From the IMG/VR virus record IMGVR_UViG_3300036861_001052, positions 32,001 through 96,000 of that record: 64,000 nt of DNA. One strand, 5' to 3'. Positions 36,439 through 47,383 of this stretch are shown here, piece after piece (within the stretch, counting starts at the first letter, position 1; each line of letters opens with the position of its first letter). Origin of the DNA: a virus. The notes beneath the pieces were generated by a model that was given only the letters and a program-made list of their open reading frames with translations, had not been told where the DNA came from and ran no database searches. The position numbers were made by a program, and so were the translations under genes.

Positions 36439-39425
36439 CGCGCAAGCTCTACGCCGCAATCGGGCTCTCGAACGCCGAGGCCGACGCGCTCGAGTGGGCG
36501 CTGCACCTCGAGAAGGGGCTCGACGGCGCCGCGACCGGTACGGGCAGAAACCTTCGCCTGAGGACGATGCGCGCGCTCGAGAAGCGCGGCTACGTCGAAG
36601 AGACGTATGCCGTGATGGTCGACGACGACGGCTTCCATCTCGAGCCAGAGCGTGAGCGGCGCTGCTTTCGGCTGACCGAGGCGGGTCGAGCAAAGGCGCA
36701 CGAGGCGCTGCGTGTCGACTCCGAGCGTTACCTCCGGAGCGCGTCGTGAAGTACGAAGACGTCCCGCCGCTCTATCGCGACACATGGGCGACGTACGATG
36801 CGCTTAGGCGCCTTGGGTTTCGAGACGAGCAGATCAGTCACGTCGCCAGTAACGTCGTCATGGCCGACGGCAGGGTGCTCGACGGCGAGCAGATCGTCGT
36901 CGTGCTCACGGCAGACTGTCGCGACGTGAAGTTCACGATAGGGCCGCTCGATAGGCCGTTCGAGGAGGCCCGGGCCTTGCTCGAGGCTGTGCGGTGTGCG
37001 GTTGCCGACGGAAGCCTCGACGACCGTACGCTCCTCCGTCTCTGGGACACGAGCCCGCTCGGGCGGCTCCAGGTCTTCGAGGCGATGGTGCTCACGGTGA
37101 TGGAAAAGGGCATCACGATCCCTGTCTTCCAGAACTAGCCATGCAGAACAGGCCCTACACCACCAGCTGGCTAATGCAGCTCCAGAACGGATTCATGGTC
37201 GTGTATTGCTTGGCGGTCATCGGCACGATGTACCGGAGGTTCGGGCTGGACGCCGCGATGGCACCGCTCGCACTCGTGTTCTGTGGGTTCGTTTTCGGTC
37301 AGCGGATGCGGTTCACGAAGTGGGAGCGCGATATGGACGAAGAGCTCGAACGAGCGAAGCGCCTCCGGGCGGAGGCAGAGGAAGACGACGAATGACCGAA
37401 GCAGCCGAGAAGCCAGAGCCGTTCGATGTCGCGGACTACTACGATTGTCGCGAGTCGGAGGAGCTCACGAGCGAGACCGTGGAGGAGGAGCTCGAGCAGT
37501 TCATCGACAGAAACCTTTCTCCGGAATGCGACGTCACCGAGGAGATCCGGAAGATCTGTCCGATCGAGGTGGTGGCGCTCTCGCGAAAAGAGATCACGGA
37601 GCACTTCGTCCGCAGGGTTGCCGAAGAGTGCTACGCGCGGCTCGCGGAGCTCTTCCACGAGGAGTACGGCGAGATCGAAGGCGACTATGTCGACTTCGAC
37701 AAGGAGTCCGCCGAGCAGGTCATGAGGGACTTCGTGCCCGTCGTCCGGAAAGCCGCCGCGCGCGGCCACGTGTGGCAGTGCGAGCAAGTTGGCAAGCGCG
37801 AGTACGACTTCGAAGAAGTGCTCCGGCTCATGCGGGAGCACTGCCCGGAGTGGTTCGAATGAAGGACGAGCTCTCGGTCGAAGAGCGGGACCATCTGCGC
37901 CGCCGGCTCGCAGCGCGCGTGGCTGACGAGAACGCGGTGCTCACGGCGCTCGGAGCTAAGCTCGGGGCCATCGAAGACGCGATCGGAAACTACTTCGTGT
38001 ATTGGGGCGCCGAGCACGAGAACGAGGACTGCCCGCAAGACGACGGGTGCGAGTGCCCGCGCTTGACCGCCCTGAACGAAGCGCTCTCGAATCTACGCGC
38101 CATCGTGCGGTCGCTGAGGGACGACACGTGACCACCGAGTCGGACGACGAGCTCTTTCCGCACGGGCGCGGCCCGGGCATAGAGCAGTCGACGCCGGTCG
38201 AATGCGATCAGTGCGGCAGGGTCATGTATCGGGCGACGGCGACCGGGATCAAGTACGGCGAAAACAACATCCGTCCGATCAGGATCACGATCGGCCACAA
38301 GAGGTTCTTGCTGTGCACGCGCCGGTGCTTGGATCAGCTGGTCACGTCGCTGTCCGATTCTGATCTCAGGGAGGGCGGTTGGCCGCTCCCGTGGTAATGA
38401 GCGGGCCGCGGTCGGTCACTCGCGATCTCTTCGATCGGTTGTCGGCGCCTGGGCGGCTCGTGAAGAGCTTCATGACGCATCTCGACGCGCTCGAAAAGTT
38501 TTTGGCCGCCGCGAGCGGTCATCCGCGGTCTCTTCACACGCCGGACGATAACTGCGCGCAGTGCGGCGCTCCGGAGCGGACGTTCCGGGCTTGGCTCCGG
38601 CTCCTTGCGTACTCGGAGCGCGAGTGAGCCGTCGCCGTCTAAACTTCGAGGTCTGGGAGCTGACGTACCCGACGCATGGTCGGATTTGGTCTCTGGCCGC
38701 TCCCGACGCGCGCGCCGCAGCGCGCCTGTGCAAGAAAGTGATCCCCAAGAACGTGCCGTATACTATCGAGCGTGCGCGCCCGCTGCGCGTCGAGTCCGTC
38801 GACCGCGAGCAGGGTATCGTGCGCCTGTCCCTTTCGCAGAAAAGGAAAAGCCTATGACAGGAAGGCTTCGTGTGCGGCGTAGCCGGTTCCAGATGTTCCT
38901 CAGCGACGCTGAACGTGAGGAGCTCGATCGTCGGGCCCGGGCGGCAGGGATCAGTCGCAGTGCGTTGATCAGGCTCTGCGTCTTTGCTTCAGAAGATTGG
39001 CAGCGCGTTGCCAAAGAGCGAAGGAAGCGACAATGAACATCATCATCCAGTATTGGCCGCTCCTCGAGCGAGTGACGGACTCCGAGGGTAACCTGATCCG
39101 ATCGGGCAAGGGCTACAGGCGCACCAAGGAGCCCGGAATGGATCGCGAGGTCGAGGTCTTGGAGTTCGTGTCGGCGGCGCGCGTCCAGATCTACTTCGGC
39201 ACCGGCGACAGCCGGCTCTTTAGTCTCCGCACGGGCCGCGGCGTGCAGCTCCCGGACTGGATCATCCGGAAGGACTCGCTCAGGGCTCTCCGCGACAAGG
39301 CGCGCGAGCTCTTTCCCGAGGAAGTGAAGGCGCTCGACAAGGCCCTGAAGGCTCTATGTGGCAGCGCCACGCCGGCCGAGGCGCTGTCCGCCTCCGCCTC
39401 CCCCGCGAACGACGTCGCGGGCTGA
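36435..39425 (+). other. Run of about 9 small coupled hypothetical ORFs
   Basis: Successive GTGA/ATGA overlaps (36435, 36746, 37141, 37392, 37859, 38128...). Confidence 0.65.
38854..39036 (+). CDS. Ribbon-helix-helix regulator
   Basis: FQMFLSDAEREELDRRARAAGISRSALIR. Confidence 0.7.
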   Translation: MTGRLRVRRSRFQMFLSDAEREELDRRARAAGISRSALIRLCVFASEDWQRVAKERRKRQ

Positions 39426-39475
39426 CGGGCGCCCGCGCGGCGTGATATGCTCGGACGCAAAGGAGCCCTCCGCCG

Positions 39476-40012
39476 ATGGCGATCGACAAAGATCTCGAGC
39501 AGGCACTGGAGGCGCTCGCGCGCCGCGAGGGAAAGTCCGGAAGTGAGCTCCTCGGAGAGCTCCTCGGCGGCCGCGCGAAGGAGGCAGTAGCCGAAAAGGC
39601 GCCGCTCGCGCGCTCCGGGCCTGACGACAGGGAGCTCGGGCGCGCCGAGGCCATCGAGCGGCACCACGCGAACGATTTCCCCGGAACGCCGGTCGTCCGC
39701 TACCGGGAAGACCCCTACGGCGAGACCGCGGAAGAAGCGAAAGAGCGCTGGCTCGCCGAAGAAGCGGAGCTCATCGACGGCGTCCACGGGCTCGGAGGGC
39801 AGAGTGCAGGCGGGATTTTCGGCGACGCGGCGGTCGCGACCAGCATTTACGACCCGGGGGCCGAGCACCGAGCGCTAAGCCAGGCCGGCCACGCAGGGAG
39901 CCTCCGCCTGGCGCGCGTTCTCGAGCGGATCGAGCAGCGGCTAGACGCCGCGGAGCCCGCTCGGGCGTTGCCTGGCGGAAAACGCCGCCAGCTTGGCCGC
40001 GGAAACCGCTAA
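39476..40012 (+). CDS. Hypothetical protein with N-terminal RHH-like segment
   Basis: AAGGAG RBS; LEALARREGKSGSELL. Confidence 0.6.
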   Translation: MAIDKDLEQALEALARREGKSGSELLGELLGGRAKEAVAEKAPLARSGPDDRELGRAEAIERHHANDFPGTPVVRYREDPYGETAEEAKERWLAEEAELIDGVHGLGGQSAGGIFGDAAVATSIYDPGAEHRALSQAGHAGSLRLARVLERIEQRLDAAEPARALPGGKRRQLGRGNR

Positions 40013-40027
40013 GCCCCCGGAACCACC

Positions 40028-40435
40028 GTGAAAACCGGTATTCCACGTGAAGTCTGGCCGAACGTCCAGGCCGCGGGCACCCTGATTTTCGCCGCCGACA
40101 CGGGGCGCGTACTTCTGCTCGACCGGACGGACGAGGGAGGGTGGTGTCAGCCTGGAGGCCATCGCGAGCCGGGCGAATCGGCCTGGCAGACTGCGCAGCG
40201 TGAGCTTGAAGAGGAGACCGGCCTCGCCTTTACCGGCGAGCCGGCCGGCGTTTTGCCGATTGAGACGCCGGCAGGCTGGGACTACGCGGTCTTCGTGCTT
40301 ATTGTCCCGACAGAAGCGGCTCCGGTGCTGAATTTCGAGCATCGGGCCTACACGTGGGCAGATCCGGACGACTGCGGGCCGCATTTGCACCCGGGGACGG
40401 CGGCCGCGCTCGATTACGCCAGGAGAAACCGATGA
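40028..40435 (+). CDS. Nudix hydrolase
   Basis: Nudix box GGHREPGESAWQTAQRELEEETG. Confidence 0.92.
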   Translation: MKTGIPREVWPNVQAAGTLIFAADTGRVLLLDRTDEGGWCQPGGHREPGESAWQTAQRELEEETGLAFTGEPAGVLPIETPAGWDYAVFVLIVPTEAAPVLNFEHRAYTWADPDDCGPHLHPGTAAALDYARRNR

Positions 40436-40899
40436 ACCCGTGGGTTATCACCTCGATAGTGCTCGCGATATTCGTGGCTTACGTCTACTTCGCGCGGAGA
40501 GCGCAAAAACGCTTCCGGAGGGAGCTCCTCCAGGTCGGAGAGCGCGCTCGTAAGCACGAGCGGCGCGCCGACGAGTACCTGGGGCTCATTTTGGGCCTGG
40601 AAGGAGAGCGAGACACGTGGCAGCGCTTCTACTTCGAGGCGGCTCACAAGTCGGGGGTCGCCCAAAACTGGCTTTTGCGAGATTTGCAGGGCGCCGTCCT
40701 CCGAGCGAACGCTTTTGCTCAAGAACTCCGAAAAAGAGGCGTCAAAGCGGCCGACGTTATCGTCGACCCGGCCCTAAAAGAGGTGCTCGGCGAGTACGCC
40801 CAGGAGCATCCGGCGGCTCCGGAGGCCGTTCCGAAGGCCCCAGGACTCGAAGAAGCGAAAAAACTGGACGCCGGGCTCGGAGTCGACCGGCCCGCCTGA
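40432..40899 (+). CDS. N-terminally anchored membrane protein with coiled coil
   Basis: MNPWVITSIVLAIFVAYVYF followed by a basic/helical region. Confidence 0.65.
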   Translation: MNPWVITSIVLAIFVAYVYFARRAQKRFRRELLQVGERARKHERRADEYLGLILGLEGERDTWQRFYFEAAHKSGVAQNWLLRDLQGAVLRANAFAQELRKRGVKAADVIVDPALKEVLGEYAQEHPAAPEAVPKAPGLEEAKKLDAGLGVDRPA

Positions 40900-40980
40900 C
40901 GAAGTTGTGTACACAGGTGTGCTAGCAGGATAGCTACACACCTTGCCCCGGGCTAGCCTGGTGCTTAGTGTGTGGCCTAA

Positions 40981-41739
40981 ATGTCCGATTCGGAGAAACC
41001 TCGCGATGAGGCGAGCCCCGACGCCGCGGAAGTGGCTCACAAGGCGACCGAGGACGCCGAGACGGAGTTTCACCCGTTCGACGAGCTCGACGAGGACTTC
41101 AAGCCGTCACCGGCGCTCAGGGTCTCGGGACCGGATGGCCTGCCGCTCACGGTCGACCAGACGACCCAGAGCGATATCCCCGCGCTCTCGAAGGACACGC
41201 TCATCTGCATGGGCGACTTTTCGTCGTTCGTGGTGAGGGACCAATGGCGCGCGGAGCTCTATGCATTTCCGCCGTCCGACGTCGAGCGCGCGCCCGACGG
41301 GCGCTGGCGCATCTCCATAGAGAAAGTCATCGAACGCTGTCGGCCTCTCATCGCGGAGTGTCGTGCCGCCCTCGGTGTCACGGTCGCGAACTTCACTGAC
41401 GAGCAGCTCATATTGAGCTGGTTCCACACAAACTATCACAGCGGGACGGCCGGCTTCCTCGTCGTCGAGCCTAAGCGTCCCCCGTGCCGGCACTACGTGC
41501 GCCAGGCGATCGACCGGGAGATCTACCGGCTCTGCGCGGCGAGGCGGACGACCGAGGGGACGTTCATGACGGTCAGGGATCTCTCGGTCCGCGCGTGCGA
41601 CATGCGCGATCCGTATGATCCGGCGCTCTCGGCGCGGCTCGACGAGTTCGATGAGATGAAGATCGAAGAAGGCGCCCATCGGGAATACTTGCCGATGTTC
41701 GGCGGCGGCATTTTCGATTCGAAAGGTGGAGACAAGTAA
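40981..41739 (+). CDS. Hypothetical protein
   Basis: Promoter-like TTGCCC-17-TAGTGT just upstream; several Cys. Confidence 0.65.
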   Translation: MSDSEKPRDEASPDAAEVAHKATEDAETEFHPFDELDEDFKPSPALRVSGPDGLPLTVDQTTQSDIPALSKDTLICMGDFSSFVVRDQWRAELYAFPPSDVERAPDGRWRISIEKVIERCRPLIAECRAALGVTVANFTDEQLILSWFHTNYHSGTAGFLVVEPKRPPCRHYVRQAIDREIYRLCAARRTTEGTFMTVRDLSVRACDMRDPYDPALSARLDEFDEMKIEEGAHREYLPMFGGGIFDSKGGDK

Positions 41740-42273
41740 ATGGCAGACGGAGCGACGGAGAAGGAAGAAGCGGAGATCGAAGAGGGCGTGAGTCTCGAGG
41801 AGGAGTGCCGGACGCTCTTCACTGAAGTGGAAGAGGCAAAGTCGCGGCTCGGAAAGCTCGCGACGGCTGCCGAGGGGAATAACCTCCCGAACATTGCCGC
41901 GCTCTATCGGGAGATGAGCGGCACCGTGCTTTCGATCCTCTCCGACCTCACGGCGACGGTCGGCGGAGGCTTCGCGGATATCGAAGAGGACGTGGAGCGT
42001 CTCTACACGCGCGGCGGCGGAGACGAGCCGACCGAATCCGTGCTCCTCGAAGAGGACGGCAAGCGCTACGTCGCCTACCTCGAGCAAGTCCGCCGCCTGC
42101 TCGAAGAGCTCGAGCGTCAGGCCTCGGGGCAGGCCGAGCAAGCGGAGGTCTTCAAGACTCTTCTCCGGCTGACGGACGAGCTCCTCACGTTCACGAAAGA
42201 GATTACTGCCGAAGAGGACGAAGACGAGCCCGAAGCGGGCGAAGACGACGAGCCCGAAGCGGACGAGGACTGA
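41740..42273 (+). CDS. Acidic helical protein
   Basis: GGAG RBS; Glu/Asp-rich heptads. Confidence 0.65.
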   Translation: MADGATEKEEAEIEEGVSLEEECRTLFTEVEEAKSRLGKLATAAEGNNLPNIAALYREMSGTVLSILSDLTATVGGGFADIEEDVERLYTRGGGDEPTESVLLEEDGKRYVAYLEQVRRLLEELERQASGQAEQAEVFKTLLRLTDELLTFTKEITAEEDEDEPEAGEDDEPEADED

Positions 42274-44801
42274 TGACGGAGCAGGACGCGGCATTGCCGC
42301 ATGAAGGCGCGAGGGAAGTCGACCGGCAGCTTCTTGCCGAGTGCAAGCGCTACAGCGTCCCGTACAAGTCGTGGCTCGAGATGTCGGTCGGAGAGCGGGG
42401 AGCGGTCAAGGCGAAGTACACCCGTGGGCTTCGTCACGAAGCGAAGCGCCGCGGCATCGACGACGACGAGTTCGTGAAGATGACCGACGAGGAGCGCGAC
42501 CGGGTGCGAGAAGAGTACCCGGAGAGGCCGCCCGGAAAGAGAAAGCCGCGGACTGTCGATGAGGTTGCTCAGGCGCACGCCGCGCGCGTTGCGGACGTGG
42601 TGGATCAAGATCTCTCGTCGCCGGGCCCCTACTCGCCTGCATCCGAGGTGCCGGCGATCGAGGAAGACCCCGCGCGGCGCGACAGGCCGACGCTCGACGA
42701 AGTCGTGCCTGTCGAAAACAAGGATCTGGTCGGATGGGAGACACCGCGGAATCTTCGTGACGTCTTCGCGCGCTACACGATCGGCGACGGCCAGCACTAC
42801 ATCCGGGTCGAGCGCATCGAGCCGCGAGTCTTCCAGCAGATCGCTACCTCGGGCTACCTCGGCGAGATCCGGGAGCCGCTCACGGAGGAAGAGTTTCACG
42901 CTTTCTACGGCGGGCGGATCTACGAGCTCAGCGTCTACGGTCCCGACACGCAAGGCAGGCGCGATCCCGTGACGGGGCATCCTCTCATCAAACCGAAGAC
43001 GAAGCCCTTCCGGTACACGGTGCCGATGTATCCCCCGAATCTCGCCGTGCTTCCGGGCACGAATCCGACGAAGAAGAAAAACGGAGATCCCATGCATCCC
43101 TTCTCCATGTTCCAGTCGCCTGTCCTTCCGACGACGCCGGCGGACGCATCCATGCACAAGTCGAACCTCGACTTCGTAGCGCAGGTCATCGAGCGCTCGG
43201 CCGAGGAGAGTCGTGAGCTACGAAAAGAGCTTCAGTCGAAAGGATCGGCCGACGTGGACGTCCTGCGTGTGATTGGTGACCAGAGTAAGAGCGTCGTCGA
43301 GCAGGCAAACCGCGCCTCTGAGGCGCGCGAGCGAAGCCTCCTCGACCAGCTCGAAAACGAACGCGAGCAGCGGCGCGAGCTCGCCGCAAAGCTCGACAAG
43401 CTCCAGGAGCAGATGTCGGCCGAGCCCCGGCAGAGCCCCGTGAAGGACGCGGTCGAGCTCATGAAGGTGACGAACCCCGCGCAGACCGCCGAGCAGCATC
43501 TCTCCCGCCAGAACGAGTCGCACCGCTCCGAGGTCGCGAGCCTGAAGGAAAGCCACCGGGACGCCATCGAGACCTTGAAGTCGACGCATCGCGACGCGAT
43601 CGAGACTATGAAGAGCCGCCAGGAGGAAGAGCTCAAGCGTCTTCGCGAGCGCGCGGACGAAATAGAGCGAAGCTACGGGCGCCGGCTCGAGGACGCGGAA
43701 AGGCGCCAGCGAGAGGTAGCACAAGAGCACAAGGATCAGATGGAGCAGCTCCGGCGGGACGAGCGGGCGGCAGCCGATCAGCGTGTGAAGGACACGGAGA
43801 AGCGTTTCGAGGACAGGATCAGCGATATCAAGCTCCAGCAGGAGCGCGAGCTACGAATGCAGGAGGAGCAGCACAAGACGCGGGTCGAGACGACCAAGAG
43901 CAATCTCGAGCTCCAGCTCTCGAACCAGAAGGAGCGCGTGAAGCGTCTCGAGGACGAGGTCAGCGAAGCGCGCGCGGAGCTCGCCGAGGCGGGAGATCCA
44001 GTGGCGGTCGTCGAGAAGCAGGAGAAGATCGCAAAGTCTCTCGGCTGGAGGAAAGAAGAGAAGGACGGGCCGCAGACGGCCGGGGAAAGATTTGCGGCGA
44101 CGGTCGGCATCGGCCTCGGCAAATCACTCGAGGACATGGGGACGTGGCTCCCGAAGGTTGCTGAGGCGTTTCGAAAGCAGCCGCTCGGGGGCCCGCCGGT
44201 TGGCGTGCCGCCGGGTCTGCCCGGGCGAAGGCCGGGGCCGCCGGGGCAGCGAGGACCGGGACCGGGACAGCGGCGAGCGGTCGCGTGGGCGACGCAGGGA
44301 TCGATCCCCATCACCGATCACCGCCCGAGCATGCCGCCCGAAGCGCCGCCGGCCGCGCCGCCTCCTCAGCCAGAGGCAGCGCCCGCGCCGCAGCAGCAAG
44401 CCGCGCCTCCGCCCGAGGCGCCTCCGCCAGCGGCCGCTCCGGCCGAGCCCGCGCCTTCCAATGGTGCGGCGCCGTACCCGGGAGGGATCCCGGAAATTCC
44501 GATGGAGTTCGTGCAGGCGTTCCGGACGGAAGTGGAGATGTCGATCGACGGCGGACGGAGCCCAGACGAATTCGCACGGCTCTTCGTCGAGCGGTTTCCC
44601 GATCCCGCGCGCGAGCTCGTCACGCTCTACAAGGCCGAAGATCTCATGAAGCTCGTCGAGTCCCTCCCGAACGGCCCCTCGAGCAACATCCTCCGCCGTG
44701 ACGGAAAGCGCTGGGTAGAAAAGCTCTGGGCCGCGATCCCGATCGAGTACGCAAAAATGGCGAGCGCTGCAGCGGCGGCTCAGGCATCATCCGGCGTATG
44801 A
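42273..44801 (+). CDS. Large coiled-coil, Pro-rich protein (candidate membrane/assembly scaffold)
   Basis: 842 aa; about 300 aa coiled coil, amphipathic TVGIGLGKSL segment, Pro/Ala linker, helical C-domain. Confidence 0.75.
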   Translation: MTEQDAALPHEGAREVDRQLLAECKRYSVPYKSWLEMSVGERGAVKAKYTRGLRHEAKRRGIDDDEFVKMTDEERDRVREEYPERPPGKRKPRTVDEVAQAHAARVADVVDQDLSSPGPYSPASEVPAIEEDPARRDRPTLDEVVPVENKDLVGWETPRNLRDVFARYTIGDGQHYIRVERIEPRVFQQIATSGYLGEIREPLTEEEFHAFYGGRIYELSVYGPDTQGRRDPVTGHPLIKPKTKPFRYTVPMYPPNLAVLPGTNPTKKKNGDPMHPFSMFQSPVLPTTPADASMHKSNLDFVAQVIERSAEESRELRKELQSKGSADVDVLRVIGDQSKSVVEQANRASEARERSLLDQLENEREQRRELAAKLDKLQEQMSAEPRQSPVKDAVELMKVTNPAQTAEQHLSRQNESHRSEVASLKESHRDAIETLKSTHRDAIETMKSRQEEELKRLRERADEIERSYGRRLEDAERRQREVAQEHKDQMEQLRRDERAAADQRVKDTEKRFEDRISDIKLQQERELRMQEEQHKTRVETTKSNLELQLSNQKERVKRLEDEVSEARAELAEAGDPVAVVEKQEKIAKSLGWRKEEKDGPQTAGERFAATVGIGLGKSLEDMGTWLPKVAEAFRKQPLGGPPVGVPPGLPGRRPGPPGQRGPGPGQRRAVAWATQGSIPITDHRPSMPPEAPPAAPPPQPEAAPAPQQQAAPPPEAPPPAAAPAEPAPSNGAAPYPGGIPEIPMEFVQAFRTEVEMSIDGGRSPDEFARLFVERFPDPARELVTLYKAEDLMKLVESLPNGPSSNILRRDGKRWVEKLWAAIPIEYAKMASAAAAAQASSGV

Positions 44802-45577
44802 CACCGACCATCGCGATTCTGAACCGGACCACGATCCTCGACGACGCGGCCTTTCATCCGGTCGTCTCCGCGCTTCAAAAGCAGGTCTCGGGAGACTTCG
44901 CGCCGCTCTGGAGGCGAGACGCCTCGCTCGTGCACGTGGCTAAGAGCGAGACGCCGCCTCCGGGAGCCTGGCAGGTCGTCGTCTCAGACACGATCGCGAT
45001 GGCGGGCGCGCTCGGGTATCACGATTTCACGCATGCGGGCCTTCCGATCAGCAAGGTCGCGGCCAAGACTCACGGCAAGTGGACGGTGACGTTGTCCCAC
45101 GAGGTGCTCGAGATGCTCGGAGACCCCGACATCGTGAGGGCGGCGTTCATACAGACGAGCCCCTTTCGGGCGCTCGTCTACGCCTACGAGAATTGCGATC
45201 CGGTCGAGGACGATCGCTTCGGCTACGACATCGACGGCGTGACTCTCTCGGACTTCGTGACCGAGGAGTGGTTCGAGCCGGGCAGGTTTGGTGTGAAGTT
45301 TTCGTTTCGAGACACGGTCAAGCGTCCGCTGACGCTCGCGCCAGGCGGCTACATTTCTGTCTACAGGACGCCGGGCATCGGGCGCTGGATACAAGTCACG
45401 GCACGCGAGGACACGTACGCCGTGCACGAGGGCAATGTCAGCGAGATCACGCGCATGTACGCCGGGGAGCAGCACGGCTCCTACACGAATCTCTACCGGA
45501 ATCTCCCGAACGTCGGCTCCCGCCGCGAGCGCCGGAACCGGTCGCGCATCGAGTGGATGCGAAGCGACACCCCGTGA
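44798..45577 (+). CDS. Zincin-like metallopeptidase (HExxE type)
   Basis: ALGYH...VTLSHEVLEMLGDP...YENCDPVE...LSDFV. Confidence 0.65.
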   Translation: MTPTIAILNRTTILDDAAFHPVVSALQKQVSGDFAPLWRRDASLVHVAKSETPPPGAWQVVVSDTIAMAGALGYHDFTHAGLPISKVAAKTHGKWTVTLSHEVLEMLGDPDIVRAAFIQTSPFRALVYAYENCDPVEDDRFGYDIDGVTLSDFVTEEWFEPGRFGVKFSFRDTVKRPLTLAPGGYISVYRTPGIGRWIQVTAREDTYAVHEGNVSEITRMYAGEQHGSYTNLYRNLPNVGSRRERRNRSRIEWMRSDTP

Positions 45578-45860
45578 GCTACTCGGCGCGGCCTGCCATG
45601 AAGCCCGAGACGCGGCAGCGTCTCATGCGGGACTACGCCTTCGCGCGAAAGCTCGTCGAGCACGGGCACCGCGCGGGCACGAGTAAGCACGGCGTCGTGG
45701 TTTCGTACAATGGCTACGTCTGGCGGGTCGTGGGTGGTGACGCCGTGCATCCTTCGCTCATGATCCTCCACGGCGTCCGCGAGGAGGACGTGTGCTGGAT
45801 GAGGCCGTGACGGGCTAGCCCCTTGCCAGAGTCTCGGCCTCGGCAGTAAACTCCCGGGAC

Positions 45861-46394
45861 ATGTACCAGAGCACGGGACTTGGTCGCGGCGGCGGAGGTG
45901 GTGGGCACGGCGGCGGCGGTCATGGCGGGGGAGGCCACGGCGGTGGGGGTCATGGTGGCGGAGGCGGTGCTCGCGCGGGCGGTGGAGGCGGAGCGCGTGT
46001 CAGCGGAGGCGGCGGAGCGCGTCACGGCGGCGGCGGCCATCACGGTGGTCACCACGGCGGACGCGGCCGCGGTCCCACGAACGTTTTCGTGACCGACGGC
46101 GGCTGGGGACCTGGATGGGGCTGGGGGCCCGGCTATGCGGAGACCGTGTACGTCGACTCGTCGTGCGCTGTCGTCGACGACAGCGGCGTCTGTGTTTGTA
46201 AGTCTTTGAATCTCGACGGCAGCTGCGCGCGGCCCATCATCGGCTGGGTCGGCGGTCGCCCGGTCTACGGACTCGGCGCGGACGAAGAGAAGGCATCGGT
46301 CGCGCCCTGGATCGCCGGCGGGATCTTGCTCGCGCTTGCCGTCGGCGCGTACGCCCTCGATAAGAAGGGCCCAGCTCCGCTCCGTAGCTCGTAA
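45861..46394 (+). CDS. Gly/His-rich tail-anchored protein
   Basis: TGLG, (GGGGH)n, GWGPGWGWG, four Cys, YGLG, C-terminal TM; leaderless promoter TTGCCA-18-TAAACT-8-ATG. Confidence 0.7.
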   Translation: MYQSTGLGRGGGGGGHGGGGHGGGGHGGGGHGGGGGARAGGGGGARVSGGGGARHGGGGHHGGHHGGRGRGPTNVFVTDGGWGPGWGWGPGYAETVYVDSSCAVVDDSGVCVCKSLNLDGSCARPIIGWVGGRPVYGLGADEEKASVAPWIAGGILLALAVGAYALDKKGPAPLRSS

Positions 46395-46403
46395 TCGCGG
46401 ACC

Positions 46404-46655
46404 GTGCAGCTCAAGCGGTGCCGAGGAGTCTGCGGCGAAGAGTGGCCGATCGAGTCCTTCTCTCGCGATCCGGGTAACTCCGACGGTCGCCGGAACGAAT
46501 GTAACGCTTGCCGGCAGGAGCGGCGGGCAGCGCTCGCTCTGGGCGCAGCGCGGAAACGGCCGTGGCAGCACAAATTCGAGCGGGGCTATGACTACACGAC
46601 CGAGCGAGAGCGGCGGCGGGGCGAGGCTGCGGCGCGGCGGCGCATGATCGCATAG
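46404..46655 (+). CDS. Small Zn-finger protein (CxxxC...CxxC)
   Basis: KRCRGVCGE..PIESF.....DGRRNECNAC resembles the N-terminal fingers of HNH/EndoVII proteins. Confidence 0.55.
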   Translation: MQLKRCRGVCGEEWPIESFSRDPGNSDGRRNECNACRQERRAALALGAARKRPWQHKFERGYDYTTERERRRGEAAARRRMIA

Positions 46656-46840
46656 GGGTTCTGGCCGGGAATTGCCCCGCCGGCGCCTCTACTTGAGCTT
46701 CGGCCGGTGTCCCGGTAGAGTGAAGGCTGCAGGGCGCTCCCGACGCCGGCCTCGGGAAAGTTGTGCGCTCGCTCCTCCACCATCAACCGGCGACCTTCAC
46801 ACCAGGCTATCCTGGTGCTCTCGGTTGGTATGGCGAGCCG

Positions 46841-47383
46841 ATGGCGGGGACGCTCTCGAGAAATCCCCCGAACACGCTCGCGGGCTTTCAGGGGCACCCC
46901 GACACGCTTCGAGCGATGGTCCGCGCAGCGCACGGACCGCGGGGCGAGCAGAGCATCCTCGTCCGTAGCGTGACCGAGGAAGTGGTCGGGGACCTTCAGC
47001 CGAAGGACTACCTCGGTGAGATCTTGGCGATTCGCTACTGGGTGACCGAGCACATCCGGTACGTGAACGATTCTCTCCACGTCGAGATCGTGAAAGACCC
47101 GCAGCGAGTCATCGAAGAGATCCTCGCGCGCGGCCGCGCGGCGGAGGACTGCGACGGCATCGCTCTCATGATTGCCGTCATGTGCTTGCAGGTCGGACGC
47201 GTGGCGGAGTTCGTGGTGGTGGGCTTCGGCGAGCCGGGGCACTACAGCCACGTCTTCGTGAGAGTGAAGGAGCCACGGAGCGGCCAATGGATCGTGTGCG
47301 ATCCGGTTGCGGGCTCCGACGAGCGCGGCATGCTCGACCGCGTGACGACGTTTTACACGAAGAGCCTAGACGAGGCGGCCTAA
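46841..47383 (+). CDS. Transglutaminase-like cysteine protease
   Basis: Catalytic triad pattern EDCD / SHVF / VCDP, plus IRYVND...E.VKDP; ATG 46841. Confidence 0.85.
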   Translation: MAGTLSRNPPNTLAGFQGHPDTLRAMVRAAHGPRGEQSILVRSVTEEVVGDLQPKDYLGEILAIRYWVTEHIRYVNDSLHVEIVKDPQRVIEEILARGRAAEDCDGIALMIAVMCLQVGRVAEFVVVGFGEPGHYSHVFVRVKEPRSGQWIVCDPVAGSDERGMLDRVTTFYTKSLDEAA

